Source: the human T2T-CHM13v2.0 reference genome, Homo sapiens
Length of the DNA: 64,000 bases
Direction: 5' to 3' (one strand)
NCBI RefSeq assembly: GCF_009914755.1
Contig: NC_060925.1
Part shown: positions 28,120 to 43,840 of the stretch, one piece after another
How the letters are laid out: the number at the start of each line of letters is the position of its first letter
Position numbering within the stretch: position 1 is the stretch's first letter
The notes under the pieces: model-generated
What the model was told of the DNA's origin: nothing
What the model saw: the letters and a program-made list of their open reading frames with translations, nothing else
Database searches by the model: none
Made by a program: the position numbers and the translations under genes

Positions 28120-29340
28120 TTATTCATTTAGTTTTTCATTCAAGAACTATTTATTGACTGCAAATTCTTCCTATGGTCATAGTTGTGGATTTTTATAACC
28201 ACTGTATAATAGCTGTATAGTTCAGTTGACTAGTATGCCAGAAGTCACATTTAGAAAGATAGAATTGTGGCCAGGCGTGGTGGTTTGAAGGTTGAGGAGG
28301 GTAAGTGGGAAGATGAGGGTGAGAGGGAAGAACATGTGACTTGCAGATGTGCAGGTTCTGTAGGAAGAGCCCAGTGGCTACTGGGGAGCTCAGGGAAGAT
28401 GGGGCCAGATACCCCCAGGCCTTGTGGCCACAGTGAAGATTTGAACTTTCCCTTGAGAGCAATGGGAAGTCAGTGAGGGGTTATAGCTGAAGAGTGATCA
28501 GATTAGATTTGCCTTTTAAAAATATCACTCTGGCTTCAGTGAAGAAAACCATTAAAAAGTTTTAAGAGTGGGTGTAGGAAGGCAGTGGCAATGGAATTGG
28601 CAAGTGATGCATTCAAGAGATATTTAAGAGGTGAAACCAATGGTGCATAGTGAGGGATAGGATAAGGGGAAAGAAAGGTGAGACTTCTGGCCTGTAGCTT
28701 GAGTGACTGTGGGAGCTTTTACCCAGACAGGGAGCGCTGCAAGACTGGATTATCGTTGCAGTTGTTTTTTTTTGGAGTGGGAGCAGATTCAAGAGATTCT
28801 TCTTACATAGTGAGTTTGAGGCATCTTTAAGACACCCGAACGGAAATGCCATGTAGGTGGTTGGCTGTACTATTTTTGAAGCTTTAAGAAGGAGTTTGTG
28901 CTAGAGAGATTTGAGGGTCATTGGCAGATAGATGGTAATTTATGGAGATGTCTAGGGCAGTGATTCTCAAAATACATGCCTTTCTAGCGGCAGCCTCAGC
29001 TCCACCTGGAAACTTGTTAGAAATGCAAATTCTCAGGCCCTGCCTTTGGCCTACTGAATTAGAAACTTGAGGTGGGGCCCAGCAGCCTGTGTCTGTGGAA
29101 CTATCCGGGTGATGCCAATACACACTAAAGTTTTAGAGGCCCTGGTCTAGAGAGAGAGAGTATGGAGTGAGAAGAATTTTGGTCTAGAGTTGAACCTTGA
29201 GAAGGTTTGACTTTTAAAGACTGGGAAGTGAAGGATGACTTTGCAAAGGAGGTTGGAAGTAGTGTTTAGAGGGTAGAAGGAAAATCCAGGAACCAAGAGA
29301 AGAGAGCAAAGTAGGGAGTTACTTGTTGCTGACATATTAG
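28120..29340 (-). mobile_element. L2 fragment(s) interrupted by MER5A
   Basis: ttcattcaagaactatttattga start; purine-rich L2 antisense body (gatcagattagatttgcc...atcactctggct). Confidence 0.6.
28958..29144. mobile_element. MER5A (hAT-Charlie) MITE
   Basis: cagtgattctcaaa...cttgttagaaatgcaaattctcaggccc...; 8-bp TSD gtctaggg (28950-28957) / gtctagag (29145-29152). Confidence 0.85.
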
Positions 29341-29369
29341 GCTAAGATGATGCATGCACAATGTTCTCT

Positions 29370-29875
<506 letters not shown>

Positions 29876-30416
29876 GAAAAGGAGTAATTCTTTAGAGAAA
29901 TCTTGTTTTAGAGAGGAGTCCAAACCGGGTGGAAGCTGAAGGAAGATGTGGAGCTTGGAAAATTTTGGTTGGCTTGTTCTTTTTGGAGCTAGTAGGGACC
30001 TGAAAATGTTTAAATTCTGTTGGAAAGGATCCAGAAGAGAGATAAAGAGATGACCAATGGTGTTGTATGGTGGTAAAACCTCAGAGTAGGAGGGGACTTT
30101 TGGGTTCAGTAGTCTGCTGTTTTCCTAACTCCTGACCTCCATTTCATGTTATAATGCAGGTGAAAAAAATTCCTTAGAAGGGATCTTCCAATTCCAAGTT
30201 TGAACATCATGTGGGGCAGGTATCTTTCTGTCTCCCAGGGCCAACCATTAGATGGTCCCGACTATATTGGTGAGTTGAGGAAAATCAACAGGGAAAATTG
30301 ACTTACAAAATGGGAGGGAATGTTGCCTCTTAAATGGACTTTCAATCTTATTTTAGTCATTTCCTTTATCCTCACTTCCAGGAGAACACAGTGCTGCCAA
30401 TTCCTAAGCCTTTTGA

Positions 30417-30752
<336 letters not shown>

Positions 30753-30930
30753 GGTTCTCAGTTTTTTCATTGTCAGTTTAGTATTCAGTTTTCTTGGTCT
30801 TCTAACTTATTTACCACTCATCTAAATGATTTCTAGCTTTCAAAATTTTATTGTTTTGTCTCTTCTCTTATTCTCCTAGTCTTTGTTGGTTTCCATTTAA
30901 AAAACAAAAGCCTTTAAAAATTCACCTTTT

Positions 30931-31232
<302 letters not shown>

Positions 31233-31954
31233 TTAGTGGGGTTCGGTAGATGCATGGGTTCAATCTTCCATCTTTATCTTCTCTCTTTCTCCCCCAGAGA
31301 ATACATAACATGTTCTTGTGTCCCTTCACTGTTATAGTATTTTCCTGTGACTACGTATGAGCCACATGCCACGATTAAGCCATTTCTTTCTTGTCCAGTC
31401 TTTGGGGCAGATTTTGAGAACCTGTTGGCACTATGTGGCTGTCATGAGGATTAAATGCGCTATGCATATAAATTACCTGACACAGTAGGTGCTCAAAAAA
31501 GGCATGCCGTTTCCTTCTCTCAATCTGGAGGATATGACTAAATTCTATTGCATTCCTTATTAGATTTCAATTTGTAAACTTCTCTGTGCCTTTTCAGCCT
31601 GTGGTGACTGACTTGCCTAGTTCTGTCGGATGGCATGTTAACTTTCCCTCCCAACTTTGGAGGCCTGCAGATTTGACCACCGGGTCACCAGAGCTCTCCT
31701 TTTAGTCACTGGTAACAATTGTGGCTGTGATGGGGTAGGAGGTATCATGGAAGCCTCACCATACTTTGCAGACATTCAGAAAGAATAGGCCTGGAACTTT
31801 TTCTGGTAGCTTACATTAGTGACATTGTTTAGCTGAGTCTAGGGGTGGGAAGACATACTTGAAAGAATAAGGGATACCTCTACATCTTGTAATTTTTTTT
31901 TTTTACTTTTTTTAAATATAAAGAAATTTTTACCCCCTTTTAAAAAACGTAAAG

Positions 31955-32435
31955 CAGTAGTTTTTAATCTAGGGTCTGTGGAAGAGAATTCAGAGAGTCA
32001 GTGAACTTAGATGAGAAAAAAATTATATCTTTATTTTTACTGACCTTACCTTATCAATTATAAAGTTACATCCAATTATAAATGTTGTAAATAAACTGTA
32101 GTAGCATTAGCAATATAAGTGACAATTTAATATCACTTACAGTTATTATTTCTTAAAATATTTATGCTCATTCCTTCCTCAAAATTGTAGTGGCAGTTAT
32201 CAGACTTGCCACTAGATCTTGTTATATAATATATTAATTTGAAAAGTGCATTTTGGGGTATTGCAAATTTGTATTTTAGTATATTTAAAATACATATTTA
32301 AACTTTATTTAAATGTAATTGAAATAGTTTTCTGTTAATCCTAGTTTATGCATTAAAAACATTATTCTGAGGAAATGGGTTCGCAGGCTTCCTCAGGTCA
32401 CTGAGAGTCCATGGCACAGAGACTCTGAACCCCAA
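31955..32435. mobile_element. Probable old hAT-type DNA transposon remnant
   Basis: cagtagtttttaatct start and ...aaaacattattctgag...gtccatggcaca...aacccc end resemble Charlie-family MER termini. Confidence 0.45.
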
Positions 32436-33920
32436 AGACAAGTGTCTGCAAAGGAATTTATGGTTGTTTATATAAACTAATATTTTTCTTAGATCCCTAG
32501 TCACTCTTTTCTCTGGCATAGCCCATTAAAATTTGCTTTCTAACATATAGTTTACATTTTTACAAGATATTTGAAAAGGGGGCTATTTTATTTTTTGCTG
32601 ACATGTGAGTTCAGATGATATTTAAAAACACAAAAACAAAGATCCCTCCTTTTGAAATGAGACATAAATATTTGGAATAATTGAAGTTTCAGGACTTAAG
32701 CATTCTGTTAAGTTGCTTTGCTAACTTCCTAGTTTTATGTTAGGCTTTCGGGATGCTGAAACTCAGGGATGATGAAGTTACATTTCACTTCATGGCTTAG
32801 CAGCCATAGGTTCAAGTGACCTTGAATGGTTGTAAAAGTTGGTTTTATGTTAATTATACCTTAAAGCCCTTAAAGGTCTATTCTCCCCTTGGAACGTCTT
32901 CTGGCCCCTTCCTGATGGCTGCCATATGTGCCTTTCACTTTGTCTAGATAGGTGTCTGCCTGCTCTGTTTCTTGGGTCAGCAGTGGAGGCTGGGCAGAGA
33001 GCCTGGAGCCTTGAGGTCAAGTTTCCTACCTCGGACACCTTGGAACACTGTAGTGTTAAAGCTCTGGTGCCAGTTCTTGCTTAACTGACCTGAACTTGAT
33101 ACTTTAGTTTTATGTTGCCTAAAGCAGGTCTGCTAAATTGCTCTAAAAACTTAAATAAAGTATGAAGCACTCAATTTTCACCACGGTAGGTTCCCACTCC
33201 TTTTGAAGGAGTACTTCATGGTGCATTAGAAGCTCTCGTGGCTCCCAGTGGCTCAGAGGAGATTGTTTGGAAGCCTGACTACATTTTCCTGTTTTCTTTC
33301 TTTTCTTTTCTTTTTTGTAGGGGAAGGATGGCATTTAATCCATGAAAACACCTGCTAGGTTCTGTTGGCCTACATACATTGTCTCTCCTATCTTTTAAGC
33401 TTGTTTTTATCATATTCCTGACAGGAGGTTATTCCTCTGCCAGAATACCTCTTGCAATGATGAATGTTTTACTTAATCAAACAGTTCAATTCACTGTTAA
33501 TAATAAGAATAGTCATAATATTTATGAAGTGCTTCCTATGTACCAGCCACTATATGAAGGACTTTACATATTTTAAAAAACATAATCTGACAACAGTCCT
33601 ATGAGTGATAGCTGCTATCATTAACTTCATTTCACAGATGAGGAGACCAAGATTCAGCATAGAGGTAAAATAACTTGCTTAAGTTCCTGTGCAGTACCTG
33701 GTTGAATTGGAAGTGGAACTAAGGCAGTCGGACTCAGGAACGCAGGCTCTTAAATCAGCCTCTTGGATTAAAGCAATTTCAGAAGTGCTTCAGTTAAGTG
33801 TGGTAGTTAATTAGTAGGATCTAATGTATTATATAAGTTTACCATGTTGATAGCTGTGAAGCCAAACAAGCACATCTCCAGCTGACTTTGGTGTTATATT
33901 TTATTATTTGAATGTTCTAA

Positions 33921-34064
<144 letters not shown>

Positions 34065-34387
34065 TAAAAAAATATGAGAAAGGAATAATCTCAACATCCT
34101 TATTTGTTATTGGAGGGAAGAAAGGGGAGCCAGTAAGTAGAAGGCTTTTCACTTCTTGAAGGATGATTGATTTGTAAAATACAAACACCAGGAAAAACTG
34201 GGAGGAGGGAGTGGCAGGGGCCTTTCTTTGTCGTTTAAACTATTTGTGTTCCAGGGCAGATTTATCACCACTATCAGCTGCAGTGCCTGTGACATTGCTT
34301 TGTCACATGCTTAGCTTCATTATCAGGCTTGATCTTGGTGTGGGAGAGTCAGGAAGTTATCTAAGCCACTGTGCTCCTCTGCTGCTT

Positions 34388-34497
34388 GGTCCCACCCCAG
34401 ACCCACTAAAACAAAAACTCTGGGGGTGGAGCCCTGCGGTCTGTATTTGAACAACCTCTCCAGGTGATTTGATGCACTCCAAAGTTTGAGAACCAAG
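34388..34497. mobile_element. MER5A fragment
   Basis: cccaccccagaccc...gggtggagccc...tccaggtgatt...aaagtttgagaacca. Confidence 0.7.
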
Positions 34498-35748
34498 TCA
34501 TAGTTATTTAATTATTTCTGTATATAATGGAGAAGTTAAACTAGAAGATTTCTGAGAGCTCTCGGAACATGTTTTAGAAACATAAATTCACAATCTGAGA
34601 AGTTATATAAGCTATACTGTAAATTCTAATGAGGGCTCAAAGTACATAATCTCGAACATATAACTATGGTTTATTATCAGTCAGGAATGTACATATTACA
34701 TAACCTATTGATCATAGGACATATATAATAATGTCACATGGACTATAAATATATTATCAGTAGCAATTCTAGTTCATTTCTTGGATGTAATATAAAACTG
34801 ATTTTTGCTGTGTTTTGAGTTGAGAAAATTGGTGTGATAAATGTGCTACCTGTTTTATACATGGTTGTTTCTATTTAATTTAAAATGAATTTAAACCCTA
34901 TCAAACTTTAAAATGGTTTTCAAATCTTTTTCTTTCTACTTAAACAACTACAGAGATACTCTAGCCCACTCTTGCAACAATATTACCAAGGTGCATTTCC
35001 AGTAATGCCAGTTAAGAGCTTCTATGGAGACGTTACCCAACATATAACAGTTGATTATAGCATTTGGAAAATATGCCTGAGGGAAAAAATAATTTATTTA
35101 TCGTCACTATTATTATTTTGCCTTTTCTACCATCTGCTACAGGCCATTTGTTTTATAACACTTAAAAAATTTAGAAAGTTCACACTGGAATATCGCTGCC
35201 TGTAATTATGGTAATTAGTAACTCAGTATAGAAAGTTGTGGCATCCTTCCTGTTGTAGAGGAAAGGTATGTAAACTTGTTTCATCAAATGTTGGGGTTAA
35301 CTCAAAGACAAATGAGATTTTGGAGGATCTGATAGATTGTGCAGCATGTCTTTAAGCACCTGAGACATTTCCTGTAAGTTCATTCTCTTACATAAGGCAC
35401 CATATTCTGGGCTATTTTTGTGTGGCAACGAGTAGTACCATTCCAAGAACCTATACAGAGTATGGCCACATTTTTGCCTTTTTAGGGAGCACATTTCTCT
35501 GATTTTAATGTATTGGCATTGTCATAAGTATAGTTTATATTCCATGTTATGTGAACTACTATACATGGATATAAGCAAACCCTTTGAAAATACAGAGGAA
35601 AAAAAAGTGAATCCTTCAGAGAGTTTGTATATTTTTCTCACTTTTTTGTCTGGAAAGGTGCATATGGATGAACTCAGTTTTTTTTTTTTTTTTAGAATGG
35701 ACTAATTTAAATAATTTGTTCTGCTTATTCTGTAGGGGTTGTTTAAAC

Positions 35749-35942
35749 CAGTGTTATCAGAATTTTGCATTTCTAAGAATCACCTGGGAAGCTATGCTGA
35801 AAATGGTGATCCTGGGCCCCAACCACAGCAAATATGATTTGATAGTTCTGGGGTGGGGCCCAGGAGTCTGCTTCTTTCATATGAATTACCCTAAGTGTTT
35901 CTGATGCTGATGGCGCATGTTCTGTGTTTTGAAAAAACACTG
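35749..35942. mobile_element. MER5-family MITE
   Basis: cagtgttatca...agaatcacctggg...gggtggggcccagga...ttgaaaaaacactg. Confidence 0.65.
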
Positions 35943-36310
35943 ATAGATGTACTGGAGCTTGGCTTGCTAGTTTCTTTTTCTATTTTTAATGACTTGATCA
36001 TGTAACTTTTAAATGTACCTGTGGTTTTGTATTCTGTTGTAATCTGTATAGCTTCATGATTTATAAAATAAAAGATTCTGTTCTCTTTAAAATATTAGAT
36101 CTGAGCTAGCTGGATAGTTTTTAAAAGTTCTAAGTCATTGTTTACAAAACTGAGTATGACTTTTACTTTGTGATAAAAATATGTTTTTTTTTTTAAATTG
36201 TAAGAGCAGTCAAGTATAATTCTACTTTGTCAGAAACTATCTCATGAAACAGATTCTCCCAAGGTAGAGTTTTAGGAACAAATAAGGGCCTATTAAGTAG
36301 AAATATTAAG

Positions 36311-36436
36311 AAATATTACATATATATTATGTATTGTATATATAAATATACTATATTATGTATTATATATAAATATACTATATTATATATAGTATATATA
36401 AATATATACTATATATTATATATAAATATATATATT
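36311..36436. repeat. AT-rich minisatellite (about 25-bp unit tatatataaatatactatattat)
   Basis: Directly visible. Confidence 0.9.
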
Positions 36437-36960
36437 CTCTCATCAAATATTATTAAGGACCTATTAAGTAGAAATATTAAGGAAGAAAAAACAGTAAAAG
36501 ATGCAGGGTTTTTTTGGGGGGCTAAATATCTCCCTATGATAAAAGGAAGACAAAAACTCATAAGAATAATTGATTTTTCTTCTCCTAACAAAGAAGTTAA
36601 TCACTATGATCTATTCTGTCATAGTTAGGTCTAGTTCCCAACAGGTTCTAACTATAAATTTGTTTTATTTCATTTTGTATACATATAATTTTACATACAA
36701 AACTGATGTAAATTAGAAATCAAGGCATCTTTTGTGGGGCTTTTTCATGTTATTCTAAGTGTTTTTTTAGTTCCAGTAAGACAGTCTTAATGCAGTATAA
36801 CCAGTTTTATAAAAAGATTTCTAGATATGCATTAAACATCAAAGGTTTCAAGCTGTCTCTTCAGATTAGTGAGGATCATTTCTGTAAGTAGGAGTTCCAG
36901 AAATGATGAGTAGAGTTTATCAATTTAGCATGGAAAAACTAATTCAAATTCTGCTTTTAG

Positions 36961-37053
<93 letters not shown>

Positions 37054-37341
37054 TAATTTCATGTTGATTAATTTTTTCCCCCTGTCACACTCATGTATTG
37101 CAAATCGAGTGGGTGCTAAATAAAAGCATTCTGGAGTTTTCCATAGTGGTCAGTTTTGTCCTTTCAGCCTTGGTTATTTCCTTTGAATCAGGAGTCACCA
37201 AAATTTTATTTTGGAAAAACAACATATCTATATATATTCTCTCATTTATATACAATCACTTTGCACCTTTAGTTTATAAGAAAAATCTAGTAGGGTAGTA
37301 AAATTATGTTACTTTTATTTTAGAAATCAGGTTTTATTTAA

Positions 37342-37707
<366 letters not shown>

Positions 37708-38039
37708 TGAATTTACTTAGTTCTAAAAGTTCACTGAATTTTTTTTTCCCCATGGCATCATTACAAGACTTTTGATTAATGTCTTGACTGCTCAAAATGC
37801 AGGCAAAGGCTATCTCCAAGCTGGTTTGCGCTGTAAGGAGATGTTGAAGCAGAGTAGGATAAGGAGGAGTCTAGAAGTCATTAACTTTTTCTGAAAGATG
37901 AGAAGCCTGTACAATGTGAGTAGGTTCAACATTCTCGGAAGGTGAACTCATCCGTTGGGTTTCCCCAGAGGAGTAATACAATTTATCTCTATCCTTAGTA
38001 AGATAAGGACAGCCCTCACATTTGGGGCCCTAGTCTAGA

Positions 38040-38835
38040 ATAGGGCTGTTTGGATATTCTGTTTCCATGTTAAATGCAACATATCTGAAAAGAAACTGAT
38101 CATCTTTTACCCAAACATGGTCCTCTGCTTTGTGTGTGTTACCACATTGCCATCCTACTGAGCACCCAGCCTCAAGGCTAGAAACATTGCTGTTTTCCTC
38201 CCTAACCTAGTGAGTATTCGGATCACTTCTACTGGTGCCACAGGATGTATTAATTATATCTGTCTTTCCTCTCTGTTCTCACTTCCTTCCCTCTGACTCA
38301 GGTCTCACGTCTTTTCCTGTGGACCTTTCATTTTAATAGTTCTCTAACTGAGCACGGCCCTTCTCCTCCCAGGCTGCCTTACACACACCTGAGTGATCCT
38401 AAAATAGAGTTCTCATCTTGCTTGTCTTGTTCTTGGCCCCAAACCGGCTGTTTCTCCCATTGCCCTGCTGAAATGTGGATAAACTCTCCTGTCCTGGCAT
38501 TCTTAGCTGTGATGAGCTCCAGCCTACCCTTCTAGCCCCATCTCCTGTTACTTCACTGTACGTACTCTGTGTTCCAGCTCCTCAAACTGCTTAGTTACTG
38601 TTTCTTGAATATCCCTGTTGCTTGGCTGAGGTTGCTTTTTCCCAGATTCCCATCCTTTTAACCTCCCGCTCCTCCATTTCGTTTGTGTTAAAATCCTGCA
38701 CAGATTACATCTCACCTCTGGAGTACTCTTCTTCCCTGCCTTCAATTTCATGTGTTACAATTTGTACTTTCCATTTTTCTTATATCATGGCTATTTGTGT
38801 ACAAGCCTAATTTTCCTTATTAGGTTGCAAATTCC
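38040..38835 (+). mobile_element. L2 fragment
   Basis: caacatatctgaaaagaaactgatcatctt... pyrimidine-rich L2 body. Confidence 0.5.
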
Positions 38836-38849
38836 CTGTGGATGGAATT

Positions 38850-38975
38850 ATGACCAAATAGAAAAACATATACTTTGTTCTTGGATAGAAAGACTTAACA
38901 TCATAAAGCTGCTACTTTTCCCAAAATTAATACATTTAATGCAATTTATGAAAAAAACCCAAAGAGAGTTTTTTT
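38850..38975 (+). mobile_element. Old L1M ORF2 fragment
   Basis: Translates to ILCSWIERLNIIK, resembling the L1 ORF2 PCSWIGRINIVK motif. Confidence 0.65.
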
Positions 38976-40514
38976 TAATACCATAAAAGCATTTTAGTAG
39001 TGACAAAGTAAGATTCCCCTCTAAAATCCCCAAGTTAGAAACAAAGGGAATATGTACTTATAAGAAAGAAGGTCAGATAACTTGTAGTACATCTGAATCA
39101 CTGAATGTTATGCAGTCATTTTAAAAAATGAATTGAGCTATACCACTTATCTTGGAATGATTTCTATAATGTTTGTTGAAGAGAAAGGATATGGAAGAGT
39201 GCTTTAATAAAATCCATCTTTGTAATAAAACAAACAATAGTAAGACACTCCCTAGCCCACACATCTAGGTGTCTACATTATATGACCAGAGGTGACTTAC
39301 TTTGAAGCTAATGAAGCTTAAATTTTAGAGAGCCTCACCCCCTCAACTTGTATGGGCACCTTTTACAGTCCTATACCCAATTTTGTGTTAATAATTTTTT
39401 ACTCTAAGATGGACCCTCAAATTAGGTGAGTTTCAGACCCCACCAAAACCTGGATCTCTGCCCCATGTATATGAACATGAAGAATGCAAATGGCCCATTG
39501 TATTAATTATTAAATATACAGCCAAACACTAAAGCCATTTCAATTAAAGGAGAGATGGAGGCAGGAGGGGGTTGGAAGCGGTGAGAGAGAAGAAGGAACA
39601 ATTCAAGGAGAAAACTTGTGGATGTTTTATTTATTCCTTCCTTCCTTCCTCTCTGTCTAACTTTAATGGTGATGCTGAGGGTTAGTTGAAAAAAATCTTG
39701 AAAAACCTGAAGCAGACAGTGCAATTTTATTCTTGGAAACCAACCAGCCAAACAAACAAAAATCTGACAAGAAGGTAGTCATGGTTTCACCTTGACAACA
39801 ACCATCTAGGTGATGGGAGGGGAGCAGTCAGTTTTGGTGAAGACTTGATGTTGTCAAACAACTTCTTTTTTTTGAGAATGATTTATCTGTTCTATTATAA
39901 AGCCTATAAAATAGAAAACCACTATTGTGATTGGCAGGTGGTAGGTATTTCTTAATTTTTAGTTTCTTAATTTCTTAAATGTTTAAGGAATAAATGAATA
40001 AAGGAACTCTTTTCTGACAATCTGTGGGCCCAGTCATTTCCTGTCAGATTTCTCTTGCTGTTTGCCCTGTTCTAGTGAGTATGATATTTGGTGAACTTGT
40101 GGAATAGCTGAATTCATACATTTTATTAGCTCCAGTAAAGTCAGTATTCCAGTGAAGGCAGTGTAGTTTTCAAAGCAAAATTTTATTGTTGACAGCAATT
40201 TGTGAGACTGTAAGCCTTAGATGATTAGGGGATGTTCAAGATGCAACTTTTCTTTGCTAAAGTACATTTAGTAAATGATATGGCTCAGAAAAACAAAAAA
40301 CAAAAAAACCCCAAAAAAGCCTAAAACAATAAGACTGTATCTCTATGTGAGATTAAAGGGGAATCTTATAGAAAGAGTGCTACTTATAAATGCTTCTAGT
40401 GATGAGGTCAACAGAATGTGGGAAATGCTTTGTTGTGTAAAGTCTACAGATAAACCTCTGCCCATCCTGCAAAAGGTTATATGCATCTTCCTCCTGCAAT
40501 TCCAGGGTCTAAAG

Positions 40515-41105
40515 CAGTGCTGTCCAATAGAAATGTGAAAGTCATATCATGAAATTAGTTTTAACAATACATTTTACTTGTTGTAAATATGTTGTTTACA
40601 TATTTAGTAATATACCTAAAATAGCATTTAACATGTAAGCAATACAAAAATTATTAATGATGTATGTATTTTGCATTTTTTTTGAATTAAGCCTCAGAAA
40701 CCCAGTGTGTAGTTTATTTATTTTATTTATTGTGTTTTTTTGAGAGAGGGTCTCGCTCTGTCACCCAGGCTGGAGTGCAGTGGTGCAACCTAGGCTCACT
40801 GTAGCCTTGACCCTCTGGGCTCAAGCCATCCTCCCACCTCAGCCTCCAGAGTAGCTGGGACCACAGGTGTGTGCCACCTTGCCCTGCTAATTTTTGTATT
40901 TTTTTGTAGAGATGGGGTTTCGCCATGTTGCCCAGGTTGGTCTCAAACTCCTGGACTCAAGCAATCCGCCCACCTTGTCTTTCCAAAGTCCTGGGATTGC
41001 AAGTGTGAGCCACTACGCCTGGCCTCCAGTGTGCAGTTTATACTATAGCATATCTTAATTTAGACTAGCCATATTTCAAGTGCATAGTAGCCACATGTAG
41101 CTAGA
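40515..41105 (+). mobile_element. MER33-like element interrupted by antisense AluJ (40712-41024)
   Basis: cagtgctgtccaatagaaat start, agccacatgtagctag end; Alu TSD ccagtgtgtagttta / ccagtgtgcagttta. Confidence 0.8.
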
Positions 41106-43319
41106 GTATGGATTCTGTAAGGACAGGCTAGCCAATGTACTGTCATAGTCCATCAGTGTGACATGAAGCCTAGGTTATATCTCCTTGCTTCATGTGATCT
41201 GTGGTTCACATGAGAGTTAATTTCAAAGCCCTGTTCTATTTAGAAAGCTCGAGGTGAGATACCTCAGGCTCTTGCTTTATTTTCATGTGACTTAAAAATG
41301 GCCCATTGTATTAAGTATTGATAAACAACACCAGGTGTTGGCTTCCGTCTTGGAAAAGTATCTTCCAAAATGTGGTCTTTCCAGGTCCTTTAGCAAGCTG
41401 TTGTGGAACTGTACAGTTCCTTACATTTGCCCCGATCAGACATGAAATTTGGGCAGCTATGCTGGGAAGGTCCACAAAAGTAACTGTGAGATGGTGGTCC
41501 AAAACCTTCCTCTAGGAATCAGTGTCAAAACATTTGTACTTCTCCAACAGCTTCTTAAGGTATTCTCAAAGAATATGTACCTTGAGAACCTTGAGAACTT
41601 TTACTCCTTTGAAATCTAGCCATTTCAAATCTAGTTCAGAAAAATGAAAGTTGACCTTTTGTCCTAGGGAAAAATAATGAAGATGATAGAGCTTGAACAT
41701 TCAATTAAATTAGGTAGCTGTAGGTATGTGAGGAACTATGCTCTTCAGTAGTAAAGTTAGTGGTGAATGCTAGTGTAGGCTGATACTCTGCTTGTAAGAC
41801 CTGGAAGTGGCACCCATATACAGAGTCTACCTTCAGTCAGCTTTCTTCTGTTTTTTTGGGGGGTAGCTGTCCTTACCAAACAAGATGTTGCCCAAACACC
41901 AGTGATCATTCATGATGCTACTGTTAAGCAGTTATTATTTATCAGAGAGAATTTGAAGTTATGTCTCTAGTTTGTTATTTTGCTTGTCCCCAAGGGCTTT
42001 CCGCTATTTACCAAAAGGCTTGCCATGGTTTGATGATGGAAGTGTGATGCGGTAGCAGTGTCCTGTTCTTAGTTGGGTTTGGGGGAAGAAATGCAGAGAA
42101 ATGGTGCTTCAGTGGCAACATCGGAGGTTCCTCATCACTGTGGCTTACATTTATTACCCCATTCAAAATTCAGCCCATGCAATTTCAAGGAGTCTCCTTA
42201 AATATCTATTTGGGGATTAGGTGGAGATAAAAGTTGAAAAATGACTTCAAAACTGAGAAAGTACTTTGACTTTTTTTCTTTGAGCTATTTTCTAGCTGCC
42301 ATTATCTGCCCCCTGCCATAACTCATTCCTTTTTTGGGTGTGAAAAACAAAATTATGAGAATATTTTCCAGAATATCAAGCTATTGTGGCCTTGATCCTA
42401 TACTTTTAAATGTGAACAAACCCAGGCCACTTCTTTACCATTGTCTTGATAGAAGTTAGAGCCACATTTGGCCTGCAGGCCTGATGACAGAGGCACCTGT
42501 TACTGCCTTGACAACAGTCACCGCACAGGGCTTCCTTTTGTTTTTTCATCATGGCATATGGAGAAAATGATAATATTTGCTCAACACCCTGTGATGATAG
42601 CTCATAGCTGTTGGCAAGTGGCCTGGGGACTCTGGCTGCTCCAGTCTGCCCAGGCAGCTCCATTCTGGTCACACTGGCTAGGAAGCTTTGTTTTACAGAA
42701 ATAATGATGTGCAGATGAACATTTCTTATTTGAAAGTCAAGTAGCCACACCATGCTCCTTATGGCCTCATTCTCATAGCTTTTCAGTTCATTTGTTGAAC
42801 AGATATTAAATGCCTCATGTTTGCTCCATATATTTGCTAGGCCCAATGTTTCTTTTTCTTTTTTTGTTTTTTAGGAGGCTACCAGTAATATCATCTCTCC
42901 ATGTGTAGGGTTAAAGCCTTTGCTCTTGTCACCTGGTACCATAGAATCCATGTATTCTTGTGCCTCATTCTGCAGAAGTTGCCATATTTGAGTCTTGCTT
43001 CAAGCCCCTACTTTTATGCTTATCAATTTAGTTGTGATACAAAATTTCTCACTGATCCATGACAGGCTGAAATGTGGACTATTTTGTTCCTGAGATATTC
43101 AAGCAATTCACAGGTTATCATTATTGCTGTCTTCACCTAAAGGGTGCTCTTTTGGGGAAAGACCATTTCTATTCTAGAAAGTGATTTCACATTATTTTAG
43201 CCACATTACAATGTAGCGCATCTGGGAACTGTTTGTGAAAAAGCATGGGTTCATTCTGGATGCCTGGGATTGAGTCTTTCTTGGATCTTGGGCCTCTTCG
43301 ATCAAGACTTCACATTACT

Positions 43320-43840
43320 ATCAGGGTGTAGGTTTTAAAAATTAAGTCTGATTATATCATTCCCCTGTTTTATCATTTCCCCTTCATGGGCTCCACACTG
43401 ACTAAAGGTGTGGAGGAAATGCAGACTCCTTACTACAGCACAGAAGGCCCTTCTTGACATGGGCTTGTCCTTCCTCTCCACCCTTGTCCTTTTCCACTCC
43501 CTCCCCATACCCAAATCCACGCAGCTTACCCGGTGGCGGCTTCTGAGCTTTTGCACATGCTCTTGCTCCCTCCTCCTGCCTGTCAGCTCTTCTTTCTGGT
43601 CCACTGTATTTACATGGTTGACTGTTAAGTCCTTCTCAACCCCATGGAAGCTCTTCTCATGTAGCCTTGTGTGGTACTCTGTTTACACATCTGTGTCTTT
43701 CCTGTATCTGCGGGTACTTTTGGGCAGCAACTTTGTCTTATTCTTCTTTGTTTGAATAAGTAACCTACTAGCACAGTACACTCATAGTGGGCAGTCATTA
43801 TTTGTGGAATGAAAGAACTAATGAGTAAATGTGTGAATAA
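43320..43840 (+). mobile_element. L2 3' fragment
   Basis: Ends gcacagtac...catagtgggcagtcattatttgtggaatgaa. Confidence 0.55.
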
